DNA of 64,000 nt, from NCBI RefSeq assembly GCF_006345805.1, contig NC_043025.1, positions 7,254,001 through 7,318,000 of the forward strand, given 5' to 3'. Position numbers and translations under genes: made by a program. The DNA comes from Octopus sinensis (taxonomy: Eukaryota). Under the pieces are notes generated by a model. It was not told the DNA's origin. It did no database searches and saw nothing but the letters and a program-made list of their open reading frames with translations. This document shows, piece by piece, positions 25,765 to 39,597 of this stretch (position 1 is its first letter; each line of letters opens with the position of its first letter).

Positions 25765-26160
25765 CTTATGGTTCCAAAACACATGGTTCTCAGTTCAGCC
25801 CCACTGTGTGGTAACTTGGCATGTGTCTTCTACTATAGCCTGAGACCAACCAAAGCCTTGTCAGTGGATTTTGTAGACAGAAACTGAAAGAAATCAATCG
25901 TATATATATGTATGTATGTATGTAAGTCTGTGTGTGTGTCTTTGTGTTTCTCCCTCATCACTGCTTCACAACTGGTGTTCATTTATTTACATCCCCATAA
26001 CATACTGGTTTCACAAGAAGAAACTGATAGAATAAGTACCAGGCTTATCAAAATTTAAAAAAGCTCAACGCAGTGTCTCACATATATATGGATTTCGTGG
26101 ACAGGAACTGAAACAAATCAATCGTATATATATATGTATGTATATATGTAAGTGTATGTG
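25765..26160 (+). mobile_element. Degenerate SINE A-related copies; partner at 28600-28800
   Basis: Diverged family A head and body. Confidence 0.6.
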
Positions 26161-26164
26161 TTTT

Positions 26165-28535
26165 AGTATTGGCAACATGAATGACAATGGCCAGAGACTA
26201 CTTGAATGTTGCACATACCATAACCTGTGCATCACCAACACATTCTTTCCCAACAAGACATCCCACAAGGCATCTTGGAGACATCCAAGATCTCACCACT
26301 GGCATCAGTTGGATCTCATCATTACACGAAGATCCTTTCTGAATTCTGTTCAACTGACCCGTAGCGCGGATTGTGACACAGATCATTCACTAATAAGAAG
26401 GGTGAGGATTCTGCCTAAAAAGTCCATCACTCCAAGAAAATGAGCCAACCACGCATTAACACTGCCAGAACCTCGGACCCTACACTGCGACAATGTTTTG
26501 CTGTTTCTATCAAGGTTGCCCTCAGTAGCTGCCCAACCTCCTCTGCTGAAAGTAGGTGGAATTATATCAGGGAAGCTTTGTATACCACATCAATAGATAC
26601 TTTCGGAATGAGAGAAAGGTAAAACCCAGATTTTGTTCAGTGCTGGGTTCTCAGAGCTGGAAACAGTTATCGAAGCAAAGCGTGCAGCTCTGATGCAATA
26701 CAAAAGTGTTTCTTCTACAAAGTCACTCGAAGAACTCAGAAAGGCAAGAAATAAAACCCAACTCACTGCCAGACGCTGTGCAAATGGGTATTGACAGGAA
26801 ATCTGTCAGAGTATCCAGTCAGCTGCTGACAGTGGTGACACCCGTGGGATGTATGCCGGTTTGAAGAAGGCCTTCGGTCCATCCGCAACCACCTCAGCCC
26901 CTCTGAAATCAACTACTGGAGATCTCATCAAGGACCAAAGCAAGCAAATGGATACATGGATGGAGTACTACCAGGAACCCTACACACGAGAGGTAGCTGA
27001 GGCTGCAATCGAGGGTGTCAAGATCTTGCCAGTCATGTGTGAACTTGACAGTCTGCCATCTATAGCAGAGCTCACCAAATCTATTGACTCCCTAGCAAGT
27101 AACAAGGCTCCGGGGAAAGACGGCATCCCCTTAGAGATCATCAAAACCGGCATAAATACCATCCTGCTTCGGCACATTCATGAGCTTCTGTGTCAGTGCT
27201 GGTAAGAGGGTACAGTCCCTCAGAATATGCGGGATGCTAACATCATTACGCTTTACAAAAATAAAAGTGACCGTGATGATTGTAACAATTACCGTGGAAT
27301 ATCTCTTCTAAGCACAGTTGGAAAGGCCTCTGCTCGCATTATCCTGTCCAGGCTGCAACTAATTGCTTCTCGAATTTATCCAGAATCGCAGTGTGGCTTT
27401 AGAAGCAGATCAACTATTGACATGATATTCTCCGTACGCCAACTTCAGAAGTCCAGAGAGCAGAACATGCCATTATATATGGCCTTCATTGATCTGACAA
27501 AGGGCTTTGACTTGGTAAGTAGAAAAGGCCTCTTCATCCTGCTCCAAAAAATCGGATGTCCACCAAAGCTGCTGAGGATCATCAAATCATTCCATGCTAA
27601 TATGCAAGGCACCATACAGCACAATGGTTCAACATCAGCCGCCTTCCAAATAAAAAATGGGGTAGAGCAAGGTTGTGTCCTTGCTCCTACATAATTTGGC
27701 ATCTTCTTCTCGCTGCTGCTGTCACATGCCTTTGAGACATCAGATGATGGAGTGTTTCTGCACAGTAGAAGTGATGGGAAACTGTTTAATCTCTCGCGTC
27801 TGCGTGCCAAGACCAAAATCTCAGAAGCGTCCTAATCAAGGAGATGCTATTTGCTGATGATGCCGCTCTGGTATCGTATCACACACAGAAGAAGCCCTAC
27901 GAAGGCTCAGCAACTGTTCTGAGCAAGCATTTGGCAACTTTGGCTTAGTTATCAGCCTCAAGAACACCAACATCATGGGTCAGGCTACATCGGACATCCC
28001 AAACATACATATTGGAGACCACAGAGTATAGGAGGTGGAGAAGTTTACCTATCTTGGCTCTACCGTCACCTACAACCTATCCCTTGATGCTGAGCTCAAT
28101 ATACGCATTGGCAAGGCAGCTGCTGTGATGGCCCAACTCACCAAACGCGCATGGGACAACAATAAGCTGACCAAGACCACAAAAATGAAGATTTACCAGG
28201 CATGTGTACTTAGCACTCTACTGTATGACTTTGACGCCATACACACGCCATACGACGCCATACGTCGCTTAAATATCTTTCACTTGCGCTGTCTCCGGAA
28301 AATCCATCGCATCAAATGGCAGAATCATGTCCCTAACAAAGATGTCCTCAAGCAAGCAGGAATACCAAGCATGTTTGCACTCTTCACACAAAGACGTATG
28401 AGATCGCTTGGACATGTTAGCCGTATGGAAGATGGCAGAATCCCCAAGGACATACTCAACGGAGAGCTTGCTAGGAGTCCCGGATAGGACTACACAGCCA
28501 CAGCAAGAGATGTATTAGGACATGAAATGTAAAAG
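26165..28535 (+). mobile_element. 5'-truncated, decayed RTE-clade LINE (part of the APE endonuclease plus RT)
   Basis: NGQRLLECC..NLCITNTFF..HQLDLII..DCDTDH (APE), then NYRGISLLS, FIDLTKGFDLV, GVEQGCVLAP, LFADDAAL, FTYLGS. Multiple stops and frameshifts. Confidence 0.92.
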
Positions 28536-28881
28536 CCGGACTAGATTATTTTATGCGCAACTCCATTGTCTCCTGAGACAAAAAGGATGCCAACAACAAT
28601 ATATATGGATTTCGTAGACAGGAACTGTAACAAATAAATCGTATATATATGTATGTATATATGTAAGTGTATGTGTGTGTCTTTGTCTCTGTGTTTCGCC
28701 CTCATCACTGCTTCACAACTGCTGTTCACTTATTTACATCCACATAACTTACTGGTTTCACAAGAACAAACTAATAGAATAAGTACCAGGCTTATCAACA
28801 TAAAAAAGCACAAGGCTGTGTCTCATATTTTTGTTTGCCCACTCAGTTGTATCTATCAATTTATCTTTGTGGTGTTGTATC

Positions 28882-28940
<59 letters not shown>

Positions 28941-28959
28941 ATATATTATATATATATAT

Positions 28960-30276
28960 ATAACACCCTAATGGGAGCCATAAATCCCAAATTTTAGTAA
29001 TTTCTTTTATGATCCAAAACTTGGTCAAAAGTACTGAATGGATCTTTATGAAATTTGGAAATTATATTCTATGCATAAGGGCCATAACGCCCATGCCAAT
29101 TCATATATTTTTGCTGTTGATGAAATTTTAACCATAGACATTAGACACAAATGAAGTAATATCTATAAAATTTCATCTTACAAAGTTAGAAAGACCCCTC
29201 CATGGGGACTTAACATCTACAATTTTGTCATTTTATCTAAGCAAAAATGAATACAGTTGTGCTCTTGGAAGCTGTAGGGTTACCCGAGCATAAAAGATGA
29301 GCATTATTTGTAATTCAGTGGTACAACAGTGTAACAGTTTGCTTTGACATACACTTACATTGTGATTTCTGCAATGTGCTGCATAAATTGTCAAGTAAAT
29401 GAGAGGCATCTTTGCCTCCACTGATTCAGTTGCAAAGTGTTGAGTAAAATTATTTGATTGCAGACCTCCTTTCAGTCTTTTTATTATCACTCGGTCACAC
29501 ATAGTCCCCAGATGGTAACATTGATTTCAAGGCCTTCCCAGATGAGTGACTGGTTATTCGAAGACATTTATAGATTTTAAATTTATTCTGTCCAGTTACG
29601 TATCAGTATAGTGGTCATTTGCAAACTACAGAGATGACACTTTCATTTCTCCTTAGCTCTAACGTCAAACAGTTGTTAATGTTGATTTCAGTTGGGTCAC
29701 GCCCTTCCAATTGCTATAGATTCGTAATGCATCTTACGGCTGTGCATGTCACCTGGATGGTGAGGAATCCTACATTAGGAGTGGTAACGACTAGGGTAGG
29801 GTAACTGACTGCTTATTGTGATCATTCGTCTTTTGGTTTCCTGTAGCTTTGCTCTCTTTTACAAACCCAGTGAAGATATATTTCCTATTTCAAAGAAATT
29901 CAAACAATAGATATAAGACCCAAGTTAAAAAGATTTTCAACAATTCAACTTCTCTGGTTGACATTAAGATGCCCACCCCCAACAGGGGCCTTAGCTCTCA
30001 CATTTTAGAGCTCCATGACCTTCATTTTTCAGGAACAAAATCTTTTTAACAAGTTAAATAAGACTGGAATTTTGGAATATGCGCATAAAAATCAGGATTA
30101 TGGGATACATGTGGCACGATTACAATTTTTTAGGGTGTGTAAAGATTGAAATAACCCTCATCTGCAATTTTGATGAAATTCGAAACATAGATATTCCAGT
30201 TCATCACAGAAGATATAACAGAAAAGTCTAATTCTCCAATTGAATGTAATCGAGCAACGCCGGGTATCTCTGCTAG
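28960..30276 (+). mobile_element. Probable Helitron-like element with unique-looking interior; 5' boundary uncertain
   Basis: Ends GAGCAACGCCGGGTATCTCTGCTAG|T, like the other Helitron-like 3' ends here. Confidence 0.45.
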
Positions 30277-30469
30277 TTATATATAAATATAAAAAAGTAA
30301 AAGATATGCAATAAATATAAATATGTATATAAAAGTAAAAATGTACATATATATATATATATATATTCTTTTTTTTATTCTTTTACTTGTTTCGACCCGA
30401 ACACTTCTTTAAAGTAATTCTATATATTTCGCAAGAAAGACCAATAATATTATGTATATACATGCCACC

Positions 30470-30643
30470 ATCGGGGGGACAAACACAAACACACACACAG
30501 TTTCCGTCTACCAAATTCACTCACAAGGCTTTGGTTGGCCTGAGGCTCTAGTAGAAGACCAAGGCGTCACGCAATGGGGCTGAACCCAGAACCATGTGGT
30601 TGGTAAGCAGGCTACTTACCACACGGCCACTCATGCATATGTA

Positions 30644-30691
<48 letters not shown>

Positions 30692-30935
30692 TGTGTGTGT
30701 GTCTGTGTGTAGTTTGACAAGTGTCAATACACGAAACTCTCGCCCCCCGAGTCACTCTGTTGCTTCTGCTAAATATTGATAAACACATATATGACGAGCT
30801 TTTTCAGATTCCGTCAACCAAATCTACTCACAAGGGTTTAGTCGACCCAGGGCTATAGTAGAAACACCCGCTCAAAGTGCCACGCAGCTGGACTGAACCC
30901 GGAACGGCTTACAACACAGTCACGCCTGCTTCTAT
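30470..30935 (-). mobile_element. Two degenerate SINE A fragments with (TG)n
   Basis: Family A motifs. Confidence 0.65.
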
Positions 30936-30954
30936 TCACATATATACATGGTAT

Positions 30955-31187
30955 ATATTTCTTTTGCTACCCACAAGGGGCTAAACATAGAGGGGACAAA
31001 CAAGGACAGACAAACGGATTAAGTCGATTACATCGACCCAGTGCGAAACTGGTACTTTATTTATCGACCCCGAGAGGATGAAAGGCAAAGTCGACCTCGG
31101 CGGAATTTGAACTCAGAACGTAGCGGCAGACGAAATACTGCTAAGCATTTCGCCCGGCGTGCTAACGCTTCTGCCAGCTCGCCGCCT
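30955..31187 (-). mobile_element. SINE family B
   Basis: Reverse complement of the 737-963 family. Confidence 0.85.
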
Positions 31188-31331
31188 CTTGCATATAAAT
31201 CTATGTGCGTATATAGACACAGTTATACATACACATACCTAGTCATGGATGGCTACACACACTAACACACACGTACACATACACATGCAAGTAGTCACAC
31301 GAGTGTACACACAACCACACACATACGCACG

Positions 31332-31362
<31 letters not shown>

Positions 31363-31902
31363 ATTCGCACGCACGCACATAATCTCCTTTCCTTTCACCC
31401 TTATTCTTCTAAACAAACACACATCTACACACACATAGAAAGGCATGCATGCACGCAGACATAAGATTAATTCGCGGCCAAATTCAGGGCAGACGTTGAA
31501 GAGAAAGGACAAGCTATTGAAAAGGTCGCGAAAAATAGCGACGAACGGACTTTCACGAAGAAATAAAACCTTGATTGTTTAACCAGCACGTTAAACAAAC
31601 GATCGATTATGAAGTTGGTCAGATGTGTAACCATATCGTTATTGGCATAATGACCCGCCCAAGAAGCAACAAGATGTGTGTGTATACGTGTGTGAGTGTG
31701 TGTGCGTATGTGTATATATGTATGTGTGTGTGTGTATGTATGTGTGTGTGTGTGGCAAAAACAGATCGATAGAATAAGTACTAGGCTTACAAAGAATAAT
31801 CCCTAGAGTCGATTTGCTCGACTAAAGGCATTGCTCCAGCATGGCCAAAGTCAAATGACTGTAACAAATAAAAGAATAAAAGAGTATATATATATATATA
31901 TA

Positions 31903-32302
31903 CTAGCAGTGTCGCCCGGCGTTGCTCTGGTTTGTAAGGGAAATAACTATATAAGCATTTTTAGAGATGTAAAGTATAATAGCCATCTCAATATGGCTAA
32001 CCACAAAGGGGGGGGGGGGGTACTGTAGCTTTTTACATTCTGAGATTTAATAATACATTTTAGAGAGTTACTTCCCTTATATAAACCGATCGAAAATGCA
32101 TTAAAAATGCGGAAAAGATTATGGTAATTTTTTTTTTAAATCGTAAACTCATCGTAGACGTGCGCTAATACCCAGAAGGGCTCGATATGAATCACAACTA
32201 TAAGATACCCGCTTTTGGTTACACTGCACCGCAAAATGAGGGAGTAGTTAGGAATCTAAATCGTAGGAGACAGACACACAACTTCACTTTTATACATAAA
32301 GA
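31903..32302 (-). mobile_element. Helitron-like non-autonomous element
   Basis: 5' TC and 3' CTAG with a subterminal GCAACGCCGGGCG hairpin, inserted between A and T. Confidence 0.75.
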
Positions 32303-32367
32303 TAATACAATTGTTCGTTTGTTTTCCACCTGCCTTCGTCTTTTGTTTATTTTCATAAAGCTTCCCG

Positions 32368-32404
<37 letters not shown>

Positions 32405-32422
32405 CACATGTATATACATATT

Positions 32423-32571
<149 letters not shown>

Positions 32572-33002
32572 GAGGGAATATTATTCATAACTTACGGGGA
32601 AAAATTCAATTTAGAAATACTAAATCAAATTTCACAAAATATAATATATATATATATATAAAATTAGAAAAAAACACCTTTTATCAATTCAAAATGAACA
32701 ATTAAATTACACCATCTAGAAAATTACATATAATAGAATTATTAAATATAAAATAATAATATACCGATGATTAAGTAATGTGCAAAATAATAAATAAATC
32801 GTATATATCATGAATTGATAAAAGGTGTTTTTTTTCTAATTTATATATATATATATATATATATATGTATAGCATAATTAAATCTCAGAATGAGATTGAA
32901 ACAGTAATCGCTCGATAATGTAAAGTATAGAAGCCATCTTATCATGGCTAACCACATTGGGGATAAGATGGCTTCTATGATAAGATGGCTTCTATACTTT
33001 AC

Positions 33003-33057
<55 letters not shown>

Positions 33058-33269
33058 TACACACATGTGAGTGAGAACACTTTGAGATATTTTGGGTATC
33101 TAACATATGTCAGATACTGCGAGCGCTGCTTCTGATTGGTCAATCCATGGTGATGACCCGACGTCACGGTGACGGCACTACTTTTGTCATTCATAAGTTA
33201 CAACTAAACGTGAAGAATTTAGTTATTGGGTTAATAAAATATGGTCGTTTATTCGTGTGTAATAAATAA

Positions 33270-33413
33270 AATACCAAACTCATTCCCTATGGATACCGTA
33301 TTTATTACAACTCGTGGCTTGTAAACGTATCTAACTCGCTTTCGCTCGTTAGATACGTTTACAAGCCACTCGTTGTAATAAATACGGTATCCATAGGGAA
33401 CTCGTTTGGTATT
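33270..33413. other. 144-bp palindrome with regular 3x3 internal loops
   Basis: Perfect stems of 10, 29 and 21 bp separated by TCA/CTC and TCG/CTC loops; apex TCGCTTTCGCTC. Confidence 0.85.
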
Positions 33414-33934
33414 CTCTATATATATTCAGTCAAACTAATGCACCTGCTTGTTATTCCTGCACCTGTCTTCGTCTTTTGTTGTTTTCTGTAAATATATCCT
33501 TTTATATATGTGTGCTGCAAGATTCTTGATGTGAAACCGTGCGTTGAAACAGATATTGTTGTATTTCGAGATAGTTATTTTTTCCCTCTTTTTGCCAAAT
33601 AAACAGGCGCACTATATAATTCCCTTTTCACTCATTTATTACTGTTCTTATTCTAATTTATGTTTATCGTCCGGAAATCTTTCATCACACCTCTATGAAC
33701 TCTTCAGCGACACTTTCTGTCTTCGTGTGTACTCTTGCTCCGCTTTTATACATATACACACATACGCGATAATATACGGGTAAAACCCTTGTGGTATGCT
33801 ATATAAAGCTCGTATAAAGTCTTACTCAAAGAAGGTGCATTTCACACCTTGAATTGGTGATAATGATTACACAACATCTCACCAATGAACAAGTGTAAAA
33901 TGTGTCGAAACAATTGTAATGTTTATAGATAATG

Positions 33935-34003
<69 letters not shown>

Positions 34004-34006
<3 letters not shown>

Positions 34007-34579
34007 TATTATAAAAGGCATCTCTTATTATAAAAGGCAGATTTTATCTGCCTCCCTTTGGGAGTTATAGAAATCTACAATATAGGATTTCTTCAATTAC
34101 AATTTACCTAGCATTTTTAAGAGTAGAATGCATCGGGTCATGCCAGGTCCAGTTTTTAAAATTTAAACTCCAATTAAGCAAAATTTACAGAAAACTCACA
34201 TTCTGGTGTGTATGTCAAATGCTTTCCTTAGTCTGGTTTACAGCACACGCAAACGCACACACACAGTGTGCAATGAATAAAATGAAAGTAAATAGCGACA
34301 GAGTGATTTGAGGAAGACTAAACTGAAAGTATTTAAACAACTACTCAAAAATAAAAAAACACAGCAAACAGAACAAATAAATACATAACGATTTACTCCT
34401 CACACAATTTCTTCAATTAGAATTTACCTAAGATTTTTCAAAGTACTCCATTCGCTCATGCCTAATATATTTCTTTCAATTTCACCCCCAATTAAACAAA
34501 TTCGAGAAAACTCAATATTTTAACATTTCACTCCGAAAGCATTGATGTACATGTGTGCGTGCGTGAGTGGTGTGTGTGT

Positions 34580-34615
<36 letters not shown>

Positions 34616-35452
34616 ATGGGTTGTGCGACACAGAAAGTGTGGTGTGTAAGTGAAGTGCTTTTGTTAGTGTGTGTAAAGAGACAGACAGAGTGAAAGACAG
34701 AAATAACTGAAGTTTTCACTATGATATCATCACGTGCGAAAAAATTCGAAGGGTTTTGAACAATTGAGATACAGATGTCACGCCTGTATTGAAACCATTG
34801 CTAAGCTGCCGTAATTGCTTAATTAAGACTTGGTTGAAAAAAAATACCCCAGAAAAAAAAATGTACTGCTGGTATTTATATAATTCACTACTATTTTGCT
34901 ACAATGTCATGAAAAAGAAAAAAATTTAGGTATGTAAATCGAATTCGCCACCCCCTTTTCCCCGTTCGCGTTTGTGTAAAAAAAATTATTATTTAAGTTT
35001 TAAAAAATATTTACTTTGTTCAAAAAATATTAATATTAATTAATTTTCAAGAATTATTTAATTTTATTCTGTAAAATAGTAATTAATTCATTTATCTGTA
35101 AATCCGCGAGGTTGTTACTCAGGCACCTAGAATGGTAACCTTCAACTAACACTATCTCCTCCGAGACCCTGCGGTGCAAGTTGACCAAAATTGAGAGTAT
35201 GGTAGAAGAAGGGTTGCTCTTCCTTCCGTAGAACATAAAATTCAAATCGGACCATGTTAACACCAAAAATTATTTACATCAAAAGATGCTTTTTTCTCTA
35301 TGAAAATCCCTATTTTTTACGATTTTTTCACTGCTGTGTCGCCACTTTTCGGTGTATTTCGACCAGAAAAATGTTCACAAAATTTTTACTTTTCAAAATT
35401 ACAATTCCAGCGGGTCGAAACAAACCCGAGCAACGCCGGGCGATACTGCTAG
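34004..35452 (+). mobile_element. Larger Helitron-like non-autonomous element (1.45 kb)
   Basis: A|TCTTATTATAAAAGGCAG start and CCCGAGCAACGCCGGGCGATACTGCTAG|T end. The CA-rich interior is shared with 8660-8830. Confidence 0.7.
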
Positions 35453-35456
35453 TATG

Positions 35457-35533
<77 letters not shown>

Positions 35534-36199
35534 TATATAATGTATGTATGTATGTATGTATGTATGTATGTGTGTGTATGTATATACTTACATATATATA
35601 TGTATTACATATGCATATATGGGTACAGGACGTCACAGAAGGTAAACAACAGGAAATACGAAATACGAAAATATAGAATACGAACTTTTTTGCGAACAGC
35701 GAAAGAAACAATAGTATCGATAATGCCCGAAATTGCGTTTGACTCCTCTTGCATAACTGATGAAGAATTTGTGACCTTGTGTGTTTTCTGTTCGCCTGTG
35801 CATTTAGTATGTGTTCGTTTGTTTATTTACAATACGTTTATTTTTAATTATATATATATAGATATGTCATATTTTCCGTTTGTTGTCTTTTTATTTAATC
35901 CTGAAGATATTATTTATGTAACGCACGCACTCATTAATCTTTTACCTATATATATATGTGTGTGCGTGTGCATGTGTGCGTGCGTGTGTGTGTGAGTGTG
36001 TGTGTGTGTGTGCGCGCGCGCGCGTGTGTGTGTAGTTCAAATTTACAGAAAACAAACGACGAAGACAGGTGAAAGAACAACAAGCAGAGTTTGAAGGTTT
36101 TTTAGTTATAGAAATCGACCCCAGGACTTACTCTTTGGAACCCTAGCACTTATTCTATCGGTTTCTTTTTCCAAAACGCTAAGCTACGGCGACGTGTAT

Positions 36200-36284
<85 letters not shown>

Positions 36285-37250
36285 CGTAGGAGTGACTGTG
36301 TGACAAGAAGTTTGCTGCCTAGTCACTAGGTCAAATAGATTTGGACGATGGAAACTGAAAAAAGCCCGTCGTATATACGTGTTTGTGGGCCGGAGGGGTC
36401 TAGCTTCGTGCTTGTCCCAGACAACCGCTTGTTGACTTCCTTTCCATCCCCGCAACTTAGAAGTTCGACGAAATTAACCGATAGAATATGTCGAATGACT
36501 GAGACAAGTAAATGTTTTTTTTAGATATATCGTAGTAATATCTAATGTAGTTGTGGTTTACGACCAGTCAGGACGTTACCATTGGTTTCACACTTTTTAT
36601 ACTCTTAGCAATATAGACGTCTCCCACGGCTAAGAACGTAAAAGCCGAAATTTTGTGGTAGCAACAAACAAGATGAGGACAAATATCCGTCCAATGTAAA
36701 AAATGTAAATATTGTACAGAATTCCTCATCTCTAAAATATAGAACAATTTATGATTGTTTCAAAAATTCCATGTTGACTTAATCTTGCATCGTGTTTTTA
36801 AACGACTCCACAATTAATGATGTAGTCATATCCGTTGTACAGATACCTCGTTCATAGAAATGATCCCTCGCAACTCTCTACAAAAAATAATATGCTGAAG
36901 TGTTTGTCTATCGCTTAAATATAGGACATTAATCAATGTTTATAGTGGACGGCACAGCGGTCACGTTTATAAACATGATAGAAGATAAATCAAAATGAAT
37001 TTGTAGAAATAATTGTAAACTATGAAGCAAAAATAATAACGCAAACTCAACTTTTCAGTGCTTATTACTTCTGTAACCCCTCAGAGGAAACATGACTCCT
37101 CCTTCACTCCTCTCCACCCTTCATTTATGGTTTGAGAATAATTCTATAATTGTTGTAAACTGGAATGGAACTTACTCTCTTTCTGCTCACATCCATTCAC
37201 CATTTAATGCTACTTGCTTTGCATCTTTTAGAGAGATAGATTAGATATAA

Positions 37251-37647
37251 CTAGCAGTATCGCCCGGCGTTGCTCGGGTTTGTAAGGGAAATAACTATAT
37301 AAGCATTTTTAGAGAGTTATAGCCAAAAAATAGCAAAAAAAATGCATTAAAAATGGAAAAAAATGATGGTAAATTTTTTTTAAATCGTTGACTCATCGTA
37401 GACATTTTTAGAGAGTTACTTCCCTTATATAATATCGAAAAAATGCATTAAAATGGAAAAAAATGATGGTAAATTTTTTTTTAAATCGTAGACTCATCGT
37501 AGACGCGCGCTAATACCCAGAAGGGCTCGATATGAATCACGACTATAAGATACCCGGTTTTGGTTAAACTGCACCGCAAAATGTGGGAGTAGTTAGGAAT
37601 CTAAATCGTAGGAGACAGACACACAACCTCTCTTTTATATATAAAGA
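37251..37647 (-). mobile_element. Complete Helitron-like non-autonomous element
   Basis: A|TC...CTAG|T on the minus strand, 3' hairpin, no TSD. Confidence 0.8.
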
Positions 37648-37689
37648 TAAACTCAAAGAGCAACTAGAAAGTGAAAGTAGTTTCTAACT

Positions 37690-38100
37690 TAGGATGTCTC
37701 ATAGATAGTGGTGGCAATGGTGTTGGAGGTGGTAGATGTGGTTATCATGGCAGTGGTGGTGTAGTGGTGACAGTGGATGTGTATGATGGCAGAAATTATA
37801 GTGTTGGTGTTTTTGTAGAGGTGGTGGTGGTGGTGGCGGCAGTGGATGATGATGATAATGATGATGATAGTAGTAGTAGCATTGATTATGTTAGGATGTC
37901 TCATGGATGGTAGAGTTGAAGACATTGCAGAGTGTAGTGGTGGTGAAATTGGTGATTTTGAATATGATGCTGGTATTGATCTTGGGGTTGTGGTTGCAGA
38001 AGATGGTTGTGGTGGTGGCATTCGAGGTTGTAGTAATGGTTGTAGTGGTGGTTGTGAAGATGATTCTGATATTGATAGTCTTTGCATTGAGGTGGTGGCA
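37690..38100. repeat. GGT/GAT low-complexity tract
   Basis: Trinucleotide-rich, with a duplicated TTAGGATGTCTCAT. Confidence 0.8.
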
Positions 38101-38884
38101 GAGTCAGAGTAAATAATAAGAGCCGAGTTAACACAAGATTCTTAAATTTCGGAGATCATAAGATAGAGAGCAAGAAGTTAAAAGTTCCAATACTGGCCCA
38201 ATACCTACACCCCAGATTCTTCAACTATTTTATAAGAAAGGGGTTAATGGCAGGATAGGGATTCAGCTTTAAAATAAATTGTATAACAAAAAATACATAA
38301 ATAAATTACTGCTCCAACGATGTAATTTTAGTATGTGTGTATGTATGTATGTATGTGTATGTATGTATGTATGTATGTATGTATGTATGTATGTATGTAT
38401 GTATGTATGTGTGTGCGTGTAAGCAATGCAAACAATGGAAAATAATTTAAACACTCATTTTCTGATGTCTAAGGATGGATATTTATGCGTATGAATCTTT
38501 TTCTTTTTATTTTCTTTGAAATATAATTCTAGGGAACTGAAAAAGCTGTGTACGATGCCAAGCGAATTTAGCTGTTTACGATGAACGGATGTTTACGTTA
38601 CAAACGAATCTGTAGGTCTGTTTACATGTTTACGTTAACCACGTCACAAAATAGCTGTTACGTCACAGTAACAATATTTTGAGAGGCAGTAAATAATATG
38701 AGGTCGAAAGAAAGAATATCATTGGTTAAAATTCGAATTATTAAACAACGTTAAACTTAGAAATTACAATTCCGTTTTGATTTTGGGTTACAATTATGTT
38801 TTCTTTTGACACATTCTACCAGTATACGAAGTTTCAAATTGTTTAGTTAACTAAGAAAATCTGGCCTTCAAACTGAAAAGATCC

Positions 38885-38939
<55 letters not shown>

Positions 38940-38942
<3 letters not shown>

Positions 38943-39239
38943 TCATCATCACGTGACCGACCAGACCATCAGATGTTGCTACACATCGCTGGTCACAATG
39001 CGTTTGCATTGTTTTTTCTAGCCTTCGAACGACGCCACCCCGCTGGCTAAGCGAGCAGGCCAACAGAAGAAAGAGTGAGAGAAAGAGTGGTGAAAGAGTA
39101 CAGCAAGGATCACCACCCCCTGCCGGAGCCTCGTGGAGCTTTTAGGTGTTTTCGCTCAATAAACACACACAACGCCCGGTCTGGGAATCAAAACCGCGAT
39201 CCACCGACCGCAAGGCTGCTGCCCTAACCACTGGGCCAT
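38940..39239 (-). mobile_element. tRNA-derived SINE family C2 (same head as C1, different 3' half, (GAT)n tail)
   Basis: About the first 140 bp align with 10130-10270; the rest differs. Confidence 0.75.
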
Positions 39240-39396
39240 ATATATATAAAAAAGACAGTTTGAAGGCCGTAATAACATGGGCGATTTTTCCCAGGCATTG
39301 CGGTTTCCTCTTACTCCGTTGCGCGTACACAATATGCTAGAACTGGCAGTCAAAAAGTCTTAAACGAAAAAAAAAGGGTGAATAGTTTGGTTAACG

Positions 39397-39597
39397 CAGT
39401 GGTTTTCAACCAGGGTTCCGCCAGTACAGTCCAGGGGTTCCGCAAGAAGTTACAAAACTGCTAAAATCGGCAGTAATTTTTAATTCTCCTGTGCAGATAT
39501 GTGTGCATAAGACTATTAAATTATTGCACAAGGGTTCCTCGAGCCAGTGGAATGTTTCCTTGGGATTCCGCTCCAGCAAGAAGTTTGAAAAGCACTG
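39397..39597. mobile_element. hAT MITE (201 bp)
   Basis: TIR CAGTGGTTTTCAAC/GTTTGAAAAGCACTG and a perfect 8-bp TSD GGTTAACG. Confidence 0.9.

Noticed and set aside
37689-38134. Pro/Gln/His or Gly/Val/Asp-rich ORFs
   Set aside because: Trinucleotide low complexity, with no splice or homology support.
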